This document shows positions 24,322 through 33,421 of a DNA stretch of 64,000 bases, one piece after another; position 1 is the first letter of the stretch, and every line of letters begins with the position of its first letter. A program made the translations under genes and the position numbers. The notes beneath the pieces are model-generated. The model saw only the letters and a list, made by a program, of their open reading frames with translations, made no database searches and had not been told where the DNA came from. The stretch comes from Lentisphaeria bacterium (lineage in GTDB: Bacteria > Verrucomicrobiota > Lentisphaeria > JABSQK01 > JAWLHB01): NCBI GenBank assembly GCA_041690595.1, contig JAWLHB010000021.1, positions 70,599 through 134,598 of the forward strand. The letters run 5' to 3'.

Positions 24322-25338
24322 ATGCATGCACTGGTGACCGGAGGAGGAGGATTTCTTGGCCGATACATCGTCGATGAGTTGCTGGCGCGTGGAGATCGCG
24401 TGCGGGTTCTCGGTCGGCGGCCCTATCCGGACCTGGAGGTTCTGGGTGTGGAGTGCGTGCAGGCCGACCTGACCGATTCAGGGGCAGTAAGTCATGCATG
24501 CATGGAGGTGGATACGGTCTTTCACGTGGCAGCCAGGGCGGCGATGTGGGGGACGTATAACGACTTCTACCAGGCCAACGTAAAGGGGACCCAGAATATC
24601 CTGCAGGCCTGCGATGCGCGAGGGGTACAACGGCTTGTCTATACCAGCTCGCCCAGCGTTGTCTTCAACATGGAGGACATCGAGAACGGGGATGAGACGC
24701 TGCCGTATCCGCGCCATTACCTGGCCAATTATCCCGCCACCAAGGCGATCGCCGAACAGCACGTGCTGGCGGCAAACGGCGTCCATAACCTGGCTACCTG
24801 TTCGCTGCGACCGCACCTGATCTACGGTCCTCGGGATCCGCATATCGTACCGATGCTGATGACGCGTGCCCGGGAGGGCCGCCTGGTGCAGATCGGCGAC
24901 GGCCACAACCTGGTGGATGTCACCTATGTGGGAAACGCGGCCCGCGCCCATCTGCAGGCAGCCGATCAGCTGACGCTGGATTCGCCGGTAGCCGGCCAGG
25001 CGTATTTTGTGAACGACGGGAAACCGGTGTCGCTGTGGGGCTTCGTCAATACGTTGCTGACGCAACTGGGTCTGCCGAAGGTGGACAAGAAGATATCGTA
25101 TGGGACGGCCTACCGGATGGCTGCTATCCTGGAGGTGCTGCACCGGGCGCTGCCCTTCCTGGGCGAACCCCGCCTGACGCGTTTTCTGGCCAGCAATTTC
25201 GCCCACTCTCACTACTTCAGCATCGAGAAGGCGCACGATGATTTCGGCTACGAGCCGCAGGTATCCGCCGATGAAGCGATGGGGCGCACGGTCGCCTGGT
25301 TCCGGACGAATGAGCCGGCGGCGGGGAGGGCTGGATGA
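24322..25338 (+). CDS. oleD: OleD-like NAD(P)-dependent 3beta-hydroxysteroid dehydrogenase/extended SDR
   Basis: Rossmann motif VTGGGGFLGRYIV, catalytic YPATKAIAE, C-terminal LTRFLASNFAHSHYFSIEKAHDDFGYEPQVS. Located directly downstream of the OleC-like gene. Confidence 0.65.
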   Translation: MHALVTGGGGFLGRYIVDELLARGDRVRVLGRRPYPDLEVLGVECVQADLTDSGAVSHACMEVDTVFHVAARAAMWGTYNDFYQANVKGTQNILQACDARGVQRLVYTSSPSVVFNMEDIENGDETLPYPRHYLANYPATKAIAEQHVLAANGVHNLATCSLRPHLIYGPRDPHIVPMLMTRAREGRLVQIGDGHNLVDVTYVGNAARAHLQAADQLTLDSPVAGQAYFVNDGKPVSLWGFVNTLLTQLGLPKVDKKISYGTAYRMAAILEVLHRALPFLGEPRLTRFLASNFAHSHYFSIEKAHDDFGYEPQVSADEAMGRTVAWFRTNEPAAGRAG

Positions 25339-28300
25339 CGGTCGAGATCACCTGCGGGACCTGCGGCACACGCAATGAAGTATCGGATGCGCTCCGTGGC
25401 CAGAAGACGGAGTGTACCTTCTGCTTTGCCACGCTGAAGGTGCCGTGTGACGAGACGCTGACGACGCTGCCGGGTTACCGTGTGGAAGAGCTGCTGGGAT
25501 CGGGATCCATGGGGCGGGTCTACCGGGCGATTCAGTTGTCGATGGATCGGGAAGTTGCGTTGAAGGTGATACCGGCGGGGAGCATGAAGCGCAGCGAAGA
25601 CCAGAGCCGCTTCATGAACGAAGTGCGGCTGTTGGCGAGGATGGATCATCCGGGCATCGTCTCGGCGTTCGAAGCGGGGGAGAACGAGGAGTTCTATTAC
25701 CTTTCCATGTCGTATGTCAAGGGCGAGGCGGTGGACAAGCGACTGCTGAGACAGGAGCGCATCCCGGAGGACGAGGCCGTGAATGTGGCGCTTCAGGTGG
25801 CTCGGGCGCTGGCTTATGCATGGGACAAGCACCATATCCTGCATCGCGACATCAAGCCCTCGAACATCATGATCGCGGAGAGTGGGCAGGTGAAGCTGAT
25901 GGACCTGGGCATCTCCAAGGTTCTGGGGCCGGAGCGTTCCGCATCGGTGACGGCAACGGGCATGGTCGTGGGCACGCCCTATTACATGAGCCCGGAGCAG
26001 GCAGTCTCAAGCCAGAGTATGGATCGTCGCTCGGACATCTACTCGCTGGGGGCGACACTGTACGAGATGCTCACGGGCCACAAACCCTTCGAGGGAGACA
26101 ATCCGCTGGAGGTGATGGGGCATCATCGCTTCACGTCGCTGATTTCGCCGCGCTCCCGCAATCCGAAGATCAGCCGCGGCAGCGAAGCGGTGCTTTTCAA
26201 GATGCTGGCGAAGGACAAGAACGACCGCTACCAGACGTGGGAAAGTCTCATCGACGATCTGGAACGGCTGCGGGAGCACCGCCTGCCGAAACACGCCTCG
26301 CTCGACGTCGAGCAGGATGGCTTTGAGACCGATCCCTCCCGGACGCCGACCAAGCGCCGCATCGCCCCCCTTCCACTAACGCCAGGGGCTCCCCTCATGG
26401 AGCAGCCTGCCGCCAGGAAGCCGCTGCCTGCTCCGGCGCCGCAACCCGTTCCAGCTCGATCCACCACAAGTCCGCTGCTGGTGGTGGGCCTCACGCTCTT
26501 TGCCCTCGGATTGCTCAGTGCCGCTACCTACTTTGCCTACCTCTCGACTCGGCGGGAGACGAGGCCACGCCAGAACAAGAGCGGGGCGCCCCAAGCTCCG
26601 CCTCCAATGCAGGTGAGCGACGGTGTGATTCAGCCGCCCGCCGCTACGGAAGCAGCCATCGGCGGTTGGTCGGAGGCTATGGCCGCTGCTGAAGCCTGGT
26701 TCGCGGTAAACCCCGCTCTTTATGACGAAGCCAGCAGCCGCTTTCATGCCCTGGCTCGCCAAGCTCCCAACGAGGAGAGCGCCGCCAATGCCCGCGCGGC
26801 GGCTGAGGCCGCACAACGACAGAAGAGGGCCGCTATTCGCGCCATCGTCGAAACGGTGAACAGCCAGGCAGAGACGCTGCTCCGGCGCGGAAAGATGAAA
26901 CCGGCGGTCAGTGCGATACTCGATTATGAGGGGCCACTGGCCATGGAATCCGCGAACGCCAGGGAGCTGCAGGCCGCGGAGCTGCTCATGGGATGGCGAG
27001 AGCAGAACCTGAGCGCGCTCCAGGAAGCGGAGCGACTGCGGGAGTTGCTTGAGCAACTGGCACGGCTGACGGTCGCCGACAAAACCGGCGAGGCCTTCGC
27101 CAGGTTGCAGGAAGTACGCGCGCAGAAGCCGGAGTTGCTCAACCAGCCGGAGGCCCAACGGGCAAGCGAACAGCTTGGAGTTCTGATGGACGTCGACCGG
27201 CGGTTGCGGGAGTCCTTCCGCGAAGAGATCGGCAAGGAAATACGGCTGGTCTTCCGCGATGGCCCGCGGCAGGTGGTGATTCGCGGAATTGGCGAGACGG
27301 AAGTGGATGCCTTCAAGGTGGTACGGGAAGGCGAAAGCGTCGTGCGCGTCAAGCGGCCGTTCGGCACGTCGGAACTGGATCCTTCCGAGCAGATCCGCCG
27401 CCTGGGGGCGAGCGATGATCCCGCCATTCATCTGGCCAAGGCCCTGGTCGTGTACCATGCCGGACGCCCGGAGCTGGCGCTCAGAGCCATACGGCAACTC
27501 GATTCCCTCTTCGCGCACGCGGTGGCAGGGGAAATCTCGCGGCGCAGCCAGGAAGACGGCGCCCATGCGCTGCAAGCCTTCCGCGACGTGCTCCTCCCCT
27601 TCGCCGTCACCATCGAGTTGCCGGTGCCGGAGTGTGTGACGCTGATCCACCACGCCTCCCCGCCCACACCGGTGGTGGAGAAACTGCAGCCGCGGCTTCA
27701 GCGCCTGCTCCTGCTCTATGGTACTTCGCCCGCGGTGACGTCGCGACAGGCTCTCTTCGATGCGGTATGGAACAAGGTCATGCTCTGGCCCGCGCTTCAA
27801 GCACCGCTGGCGCCCGGCGTTTCCGCAAAGCTTGCGATGAAGGCTCTGACGGAGACTCTGCCGCCAAAACAACGAGGGACTATCGAGCTGCTGCCGATCG
27901 ATCAGGGGCAGAAGCTGCTGGCGGCCGACGTGAAGGGCCTGCGGACGTTGGCGCCGCTGCTGGGGGCGCCGCTCCAGGCGCTCGAGGTGCGCCAGACCGC
28001 AATCAGCGATCTTTCTCCGTTGCGTGGCATGCCGCTGCACAGCCTGGAGGCAAGTCATACCGGCGTAACCGACCTGTCCCCCCTGCGCGGCATGGCGCTG
28101 CACAATCTGGGGCTGGCTCATACCCCGGCGCACGATCTGACCCCGCTTGCCGGGCTGCCGATCCGTACGCTCGACCTGAGCTATACGCAGGTGCAGGACC
28201 TGGCGCCCCTGATTGGATCTCCAGTCGAAGCGCTCTTTCTGGAAGGCTGCGACGCCATCACCGATCTTCAGCCCCTGCTCGGCATGACCAGCCTGCACAC

Positions 28301-28460
28301 CCTGGTGCTGCCACCGCGCGCGGCCACCTTGCCGGGCTTTGACAAGGTGCTCGGCATGCCCTCGCTGGAGCAGGTCGGCTTTCGCCGCGGCAGCCTGCAG
28401 AGTCCCGACGCACTGCGCGATGGGCGCGGTAACGAGAAACCAGTCCCGGAACAGGATTGA
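25335..28460 (+). CDS. receptor-type Ser/Thr protein kinase: Zn-ribbon, kinase domain, one TM helix, helical region, C-terminal leucine-rich repeats
   Basis: Zn-ribbon CGTCG...CTFC. Kinase: GSGSMGRVY..ALKV, HRDIKPSN, DLG, GTPYYMSPE. TM helix LLVVGLTLFALGLLSAATYFAYL. About five 22-aa LRRs (DLSPLRGMPLHSLEASHTGVT, DLSPLRGMALHNLGLAHTPAH, DLTPLAGLPIRTLDLSYTQVQ ...). ATGA overlap with the oleD-like stop. Confidence 0.88.
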   Translation: MTVEITCGTCGTRNEVSDALRGQKTECTFCFATLKVPCDETLTTLPGYRVEELLGSGSMGRVYRAIQLSMDREVALKVIPAGSMKRSEDQSRFMNEVRLLARMDHPGIVSAFEAGENEEFYYLSMSYVKGEAVDKRLLRQERIPEDEAVNVALQVARALAYAWDKHHILHRDIKPSNIMIAESGQVKLMDLGISKVLGPERSASVTATGMVVGTPYYMSPEQAVSSQSMDRRSDIYSLGATLYEMLTGHKPFEGDNPLEVMGHHRFTSLISPRSRNPKISRGSEAVLFKMLAKDKNDRYQTWESLIDDLERLREHRLPKHASLDVEQDGFETDPSRTPTKRRIAPLPLTPGAPLMEQPAARKPLPAPAPQPVPARSTTSPLLVVGLTLFALGLLSAATYFAYLSTRRETRPRQNKSGAPQAPPPMQVSDGVIQPPAATEAAIGGWSEAMAAAEAWFAVNPALYDEASSRFHALARQAPNEESAANARAAAEAAQRQKRAAIRAIVETVNSQAETLLRRGKMKPAVSAILDYEGPLAMESANARELQAAELLMGWREQNLSALQEAERLRELLEQLARLTVADKTGEAFARLQEVRAQKPELLNQPEAQRASEQLGVLMDVDRRLRESFREEIGKEIRLVFRDGPRQVVIRGIGETEVDAFKVVREGESVVRVKRPFGTSELDPSEQIRRLGASDDPAIHLAKALVVYHAGRPELALRAIRQLDSLFAHAVAGEISRRSQEDGAHALQAFRDVLLPFAVTIELPVPECVTLIHHASPPTPVVEKLQPRLQRLLLLYGTSPAVTSRQALFDAVWNKVMLWPALQAPLAPGVSAKLAMKALTETLPPKQRGTIELLPIDQGQKLLAADVKGLRTLAPLLGAPLQALEVRQTAISDLSPLRGMPLHSLEASHTGVTDLSPLRGMALHNLGLAHTPAHDLTPLAGLPIRTLDLSYTQVQDLAPLIGSPVEALFLEGCDAITDLQPLLGMTSLHTLVLPPRAATLPGFDKVLGMPSLEQVGFRRGSLQSPDALRDGRGNEKPVPEQD

Positions 28461-28464
28461 CCGT

Positions 28465-30276
28465 ATGCGTTCATCCACCACCGCCGATGCCCGTGGTATG
28501 CTCGGCGCGCTGCTGACTCAGTGGGGCGAAGCCATGCTCGGCTTGCAGGTGCGCCAACCAGGGCGGCGGGGACTCTATGGGGGTCTTCTCTGCCCGGCCT
28601 GCTCGCTCATCCATGGCCGTGCCTTCGAGGTGGTTCATCCATTCATGTACCTGGCCCGAACCACCGGCAATCCGCGCTATGTGCAGGCGGCCGTCGATGC
28701 GGTGGACTGGGCGGACCAAGTCTCCTGTGGCGACGGGAGTTGGCTGAATGAGGTGACCGGTCAGTGGAAGGGAACCAGCATCTTTGGCGCCATCGCGTTG
28801 GGAGAAGCCCTTCAACTGGGCGAGGATCTGGCGCCGCCGGCGATTCTGGCCGGCTGGCGGGAGCGCTTCCGGCGCGTCATGGCATTTCTCGACACCTTCG
28901 TGACCATCGAGACCGGCAACATCAATTATCCGTTAACGGCGACGTGGGCGTTCGCACTCGCGGCGCGCATCCTCGATGAGCCCGCGTACCTGAAGCGGGC
29001 AACCGAGCTGGCGCAAGCCGCCCACGCCTGCTTCAATTCCCCCAACCTCTTCATCCATGGCGAAGGAAAGCTCCGCTCGCCGCGCGGCATGCCTGCCGTC
29101 GATCTTGGTTACAGCGTGGAGGAGACGCTGCCCGCGCTTACTGCCTATGCGCGGTTGGCGGGAGACGAGGCGATGCTCGACCTGGTGACCCGGGCTTACC
29201 AGCGACACCTGGCTTTCATGCTGCCCGATGGTGCCTGGGACAATTCCTGGGGCACCCGCTGCTACAAGTGGTCCTACTGGGGCAGTCGCACCGCGGATGG
29301 ATGTCAATCGGCGCTCTTTACCCTGGCGGAGCGCGATCCGGTCTTCGCCAGCGCGGCGCTGCGCAATGCGCAGTTGTACGCGACATGCACGCACGAGGGG
29401 TTGTTGACTGGCGGCCCGCACTACGCGAGCCGGGGCGAGAGCCTCTGCATGCACCATTCTCTCTGCCATGCCAAGGCCCTGGCCAGCGCGCTGCATTGGC
29501 TCGAGAACCATGAATTGCCCGATGAACTGCCGCCCCTCCCGAGAGAGCTGGCGCCGGCCGTGACCAGCTTTGCCGAATTGGACACGCACCTGCTCGCACG
29601 TGGGCCATGGCGCGCTACCGTGACAGGTTACGACGCGCCTTATCAGGATGGGGCCGGACACCCATCCGGAGGAACGCTGTCGCTGCTCTGGCATGCCACG
29701 CTTGGCCCCATCTTCGCCGCCGGCATGTCCATCTTCCAGCACTGGGAGCCGACCAACATGCAGTGGGACCGCCAGTGGGACACCCCCAAGGCGCAGCCGG
29801 TCGTCACGCCGCGCCTGGAGATGACCGTGGAGGGGATCCGGTATGCGAGCATGTTCTGCGAGACGCCGGCGATCGAGACGCGGCTGGAGAACGGGCAGGT
29901 CGTGTGCGAAGTCCGGGGGCAACTGGTGGATCGGCATCAGCAGCATCCACCCGAAGGCCCCATTGGCTACTATCTGCGCTACGGCTTCAGCGATCGTGAA
30001 GCGACGCTGACCGGGCGATTCGAGGGGCATGCGCGGGAGGTGCGGATGGCCCTGCCAGTGATCGCCAGCGCGGCGGAAGCCGTGACCCGTCAAACGCCGA
30101 CAACCTTGAGCATCGACAAAGAGCACGGCACGCTTCTCCTGAAGGCCGATAGCGAGCTGCTTGCCAACGTCAACGAGCGGCACTTTGCGCATACACCCGG
30201 CTTCGAGGTCGTGCCGGTTCTCCTCCTGCTGACCACCGACCGCCCATCAGCCACCTTTCATCTTTCCAAACTCTGA
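28465..30276 (+). CDS. hypothetical cytoplasmic protein, probable alpha/alpha-toroid (six-hairpin / prenyltransferase-repeat-like) fold
   Basis: ORF 28339..30276 trimmed to ATG 28465, 4 nt after the kinase stop. DGSW / DGAWDNSWG-type repeats. No signal peptide. No family recognised with certainty. Confidence 0.5.
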   Translation: MRSSTTADARGMLGALLTQWGEAMLGLQVRQPGRRGLYGGLLCPACSLIHGRAFEVVHPFMYLARTTGNPRYVQAAVDAVDWADQVSCGDGSWLNEVTGQWKGTSIFGAIALGEALQLGEDLAPPAILAGWRERFRRVMAFLDTFVTIETGNINYPLTATWAFALAARILDEPAYLKRATELAQAAHACFNSPNLFIHGEGKLRSPRGMPAVDLGYSVEETLPALTAYARLAGDEAMLDLVTRAYQRHLAFMLPDGAWDNSWGTRCYKWSYWGSRTADGCQSALFTLAERDPVFASAALRNAQLYATCTHEGLLTGGPHYASRGESLCMHHSLCHAKALASALHWLENHELPDELPPLPRELAPAVTSFAELDTHLLARGPWRATVTGYDAPYQDGAGHPSGGTLSLLWHATLGPIFAAGMSIFQHWEPTNMQWDRQWDTPKAQPVVTPRLEMTVEGIRYASMFCETPAIETRLENGQVVCEVRGQLVDRHQQHPPEGPIGYYLRYGFSDREATLTGRFEGHAREVRMALPVIASAAEAVTRQTPTTLSIDKEHGTLLLKADSELLANVNERHFAHTPGFEVVPVLLLLTTDRPSATFHLSKL

Positions 30277-30283
30277 GGGATTT

Positions 30284-32332
30284 ATGTCTGCATCGTCAAC
30301 TCCGTTTCGTCAGGTCCATCTGGATTTCCACACCCCTGGCTTTGTTACCGTAGGTGACCGCTTCGACGCGGAAGCCTTCGGCGCCACACTGGCGGCAGCC
30401 CAGATCGATGGCGTTACCGCTTTCGCGCATTGCCACCACGGCTACTCCTACTGCGATACCACCATCGGCACCCGCCACCCGGGACTGGACTTCGACCTCT
30501 TCGGCCGGATGGCGGAGGAACTGGCACGCCGCGAGATCCAGTTGCTCGCCTACTTCAGCCTCAACGTCAACGAAGTGTTGTCGGCGCGGCATCCGGAATG
30601 GCACGCACTCGATGCACAAGGCAAGAGCGTCAACAGCCAGATTCTACAGGATGGCACCGAACTTTTCTGGACGTGGCTTTGTCCCAATCGCGGGCCGTGG
30701 GCACGGGACTTTCTCTTTGCGCACATCGTGGAGGTGATCGACCGTTATCCGCTGGCCGGAGTCTTTGTCGACATGGGCTGCTACCTGCCTGGCTCCTGCT
30801 TCTGCGAGGTGTGCGAGGCGAAGATGCGCGAGCAGAATCTGGATCCGGCCGACACGGCCGATCACGAAAGATTCAACGTCCAGACCATTCAGCAGCTGGT
30901 TCGCGATCTGCGCGCGACGATGGATGCGCGGCGGCCGGGATTGCGGCTGCAGATGGGAGGCTTCAACAGCCTCGGCGAGGCGAACAAGGCGCCTGGTGCA
31001 ATCAGTGAGTACTATATCGAATCCCTGGCCTTTCAGACGGGCTGGGAGTACTTCCCGATCACCGCGCGCTACCTGCGCAACTTCCCGCTGCCTACCTTGG
31101 GCATGACGGGACGCTTCCTCAAGAACTGGGGTGACTTTGGCACCGTCGCCTCCGCAATCCAGCTCAAGACACAGCTGGGCATGCATCTGATGGCCGGCGT
31201 TGCCAGCGCCATTGGCGATCACCTCCCCTGCCACGGCGAGGTGGTGCCGGGAGTCTATGATCTGATCGGCGATGCCTTCCGCTTCGTCAAGGCGCGGCAG
31301 CCCTGGTGTGTGGGCATGCGCCCGGCGCGTGACGCGATCGTCATTGGTCCCGCCGGTCTGCACGCCAATGCTGCCGGCATGACGAAGGAGACGCAGACGG
31401 CGGTTATCAAGGACTCCTATACCAGCGCCTGCAAGTTGATGCACGAATTGCACCTGCAGTACGATGTCACGACGCCGCTGGACGAGCTGGATTTCGGTCG
31501 GTGCGGCCTGATTGTCTTTGCCGGCGGCATGCTGACTGGGGCCTTCATCCAGCGCCTGCATGACTTTGTGAGTAACGGCGGCTTGCTGCTGGTCAACGGC
31601 GCGGGAGTAGTGCTGGACGATCCGACTCACAACGCGGACTGGCAGGAGCTGATCGGCGTCACCGCCTCTTCGGCAACGGCGGATGACGGCGAGTTCTACC
31701 GCGTCAGCGATGAGCGGCTCATGGATGCCGAAATCCCGGAAATGGCACACTATACCCACCTGCCTTCCATGGACGTGGAGTTCGCGGCGGATGTGGAGCC
31801 TCTGGCCAGCGCCTGGCGTTCACCGTGCGTACGCAGCCGCGAGCATCATTACGGTCATTTTCACGGACCTGCCACCCGCCCGGCCGGTACGGCGATCGGC
31901 GTTCGATGCGTCGGCAGGGGGCACATCGTCGTTATCCGTTCGCAGCTGCTGGCAGCCTACCTGCAGACAGGCTATCATGTCCACCGGACCGTCATTCGCC
32001 GCCTGATCGACACCTTCATGCCGGCCGACCGGCGAACACTCACCACCAATGCGCCGTCCGTCGTCGACATTGCCGTCGGTGAGAAGGCAGGTGACCTGGT
32101 GCTTCAGGTTCAACCCTTCGTTGCGGACCGTCGCTATCGCTATTCCTTCGAGTCCGTCAACGAGGCGATCGACTTCCACGGTCTGTGGGTGAAGGTGCGG
32201 GGATGTGGAGATGTCGAGCGCGTTGTCGACCCACTCACGGGTGAGGAGATCTCCTGGCGGTCGTCCGGCGACGATCTGCACATCGACCTCCCTCCCTTCC
32301 AGGAACACCGCGTCTTTCTCTGCAAACGGTGA
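30284..32332 (+). CDS. putative glycoside hydrolase of the GHL6 / GH42-like type
   Basis: N-terminus FRQVHLDFHTPGFVTVGDRFDAEAF...AFAHCHHGYSYCDT...RHPGLDFDLFG fits the 'hypothetical glycosyl hydrolase 6' pattern as I recall it. No signal peptide. ATG lies 7 nt after the upstream stop. Confidence 0.55.
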   Translation: MSASSTPFRQVHLDFHTPGFVTVGDRFDAEAFGATLAAAQIDGVTAFAHCHHGYSYCDTTIGTRHPGLDFDLFGRMAEELARREIQLLAYFSLNVNEVLSARHPEWHALDAQGKSVNSQILQDGTELFWTWLCPNRGPWARDFLFAHIVEVIDRYPLAGVFVDMGCYLPGSCFCEVCEAKMREQNLDPADTADHERFNVQTIQQLVRDLRATMDARRPGLRLQMGGFNSLGEANKAPGAISEYYIESLAFQTGWEYFPITARYLRNFPLPTLGMTGRFLKNWGDFGTVASAIQLKTQLGMHLMAGVASAIGDHLPCHGEVVPGVYDLIGDAFRFVKARQPWCVGMRPARDAIVIGPAGLHANAAGMTKETQTAVIKDSYTSACKLMHELHLQYDVTTPLDELDFGRCGLIVFAGGMLTGAFIQRLHDFVSNGGLLLVNGAGVVLDDPTHNADWQELIGVTASSATADDGEFYRVSDERLMDAEIPEMAHYTHLPSMDVEFAADVEPLASAWRSPCVRSREHHYGHFHGPATRPAGTAIGVRCVGRGHIVVIRSQLLAAYLQTGYHVHRTVIRRLIDTFMPADRRTLTTNAPSVVDIAVGEKAGDLVLQVQPFVADRRYRYSFESVNEAIDFHGLWVKVRGCGDVERVVDPLTGEEISWRSSGDDLHIDLPPFQEHRVFLCKR

Positions 32333-32370
32333 GCTCATCGTCACGGTTTTCACCGCGGCAGAGGTAAACC

Positions 32371-33180
32371 TCACGGCTGGCGCTCTGATGCCCGGCTGGC
32401 GCGCTCGGCGCGTTCCTGGCGAGGCGTCTTGCGACCTTCGAGCCACGGAAAGGTGCGGGGCGTTTCCCGAGGCACCGGCGGCACCGAGCCGTTGAGGATA
32501 AGGGCTCGGCGAGGCTGATCGCTGCGATTCGGCGGGGCGAAATGGAGCATGTAGCCGCCGTGGAAGGTCGCGCCTCCCGGAGGAAGTGGGCGGGCGACCG
32601 CATCCTTGACAAGGTGGCGCTCGTCCGGGTGAAGCTCCAGCCCGTGGATTCGCGGATCGTTGTTGATGCTCTGGTGGCGCACGACATCCAGCTCGTGACT
32701 GTGCGGCACGAAGTGCATGCAGCCATTCTCCAGCGTTGCTTCCTGCAGCGGTACCCAGATGCTGATGTTGCGGCTGATGAAGGCGGGATTCCAGTACGAT
32801 GCATCCTGGTGCCAGGGTGTCGCGGCGCCATGTCGGGCCGGCTTCAGAATCGCGTGGGCAATGCCGCAGTGCGCCTCCTCCCCCAGCAACTGCCTGACGG
32901 CGATGGTCGCATTCTTCAGAAGGCGTGACTCCAGCATCTCCGGCGCATAACGCGCGGGATTGAGAATCTGGGGCAGGGCCTTGGCGCCACCATCCTCATC
33001 TGGACCGGCAAGGTCGAACTCGTTGCCTTCGTCGCGGCCCGCCTGCTCCGCAAAAAGGCGGTCATAGGCGACGCGCAGGAAGGCGACATCCTCGGCATCG
33101 GTCAACTGGTCTATGGCGAGGTACCCTTCGCGGCGGAAAAAGGCCACCTGATCGTCGCTCAGAATAAGTTTCTCGTTCAT
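32371..33180 (-). CDS. PhyH-family Fe(II)/2-oxoglutarate dioxygenase
   Basis: ORF trimmed to ATG 33180 (GAGGAA upstream). LSDDQVAFFRREGYLAI N-terminus, WHQDASYW (H-x-D) and a distal His (HFVPHSH). Confidence 0.75.
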   Translation of the reverse strand: MNEKLILSDDQVAFFRREGYLAIDQLTDAEDVAFLRVAYDRLFAEQAGRDEGNEFDLAGPDEDGGAKALPQILNPARYAPEMLESRLLKNATIAVRQLLGEEAHCGIAHAILKPARHGAATPWHQDASYWNPAFISRNISIWVPLQEATLENGCMHFVPHSHELDVVRHQSINNDPRIHGLELHPDERHLVKDAVARPLPPGGATFHGGYMLHFAPPNRSDQPRRALILNGSVPPVPRETPRTFPWLEGRKTPRQERAERASRASERQP

Positions 33181-33363
33181 GCGCAAATTCCTCGGCTCGA
33201 TAATGGTGAAGTCATGACACTCTCGCAAGGCGCAATTCTCTGCTCACCGAGTTGGCCGCCGCGAGTGTCAGGCGATAATCCGCATCGGTAAAAAAGATGT
33301 GGCTGGATGTTTGAAAAGAAGGGTGTACCCTTCGCTTGCTTTCCAACTCTGCATGACTACAAC

Positions 33364-33369
33364 TATAGT
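33364..33369 (+). promoter_or_regulatory. candidate -10 box TATAGT for the hybrid kinase gene
   Basis: Context AACTATAGTATACC, 53 nt upstream of the TTG 33422 start, in a divergent intergenic region. Confidence 0.4.
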
Positions 33370-33421
33370 ATACCTTGCAGGAGCAGTGGGGGGAACAACC
33401 AACCTGTAGGGAATATACGCT

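Noticed and set aside
26376-28481. 701-aa ORF antisense to the Ser/Thr kinase gene
   Set aside because: The opposite strand carries complete Hanks-kinase motifs. This translation is Arg/Gly/Pro/His-rich low complexity, as expected for stop-free antisense frames in GC-rich DNA.
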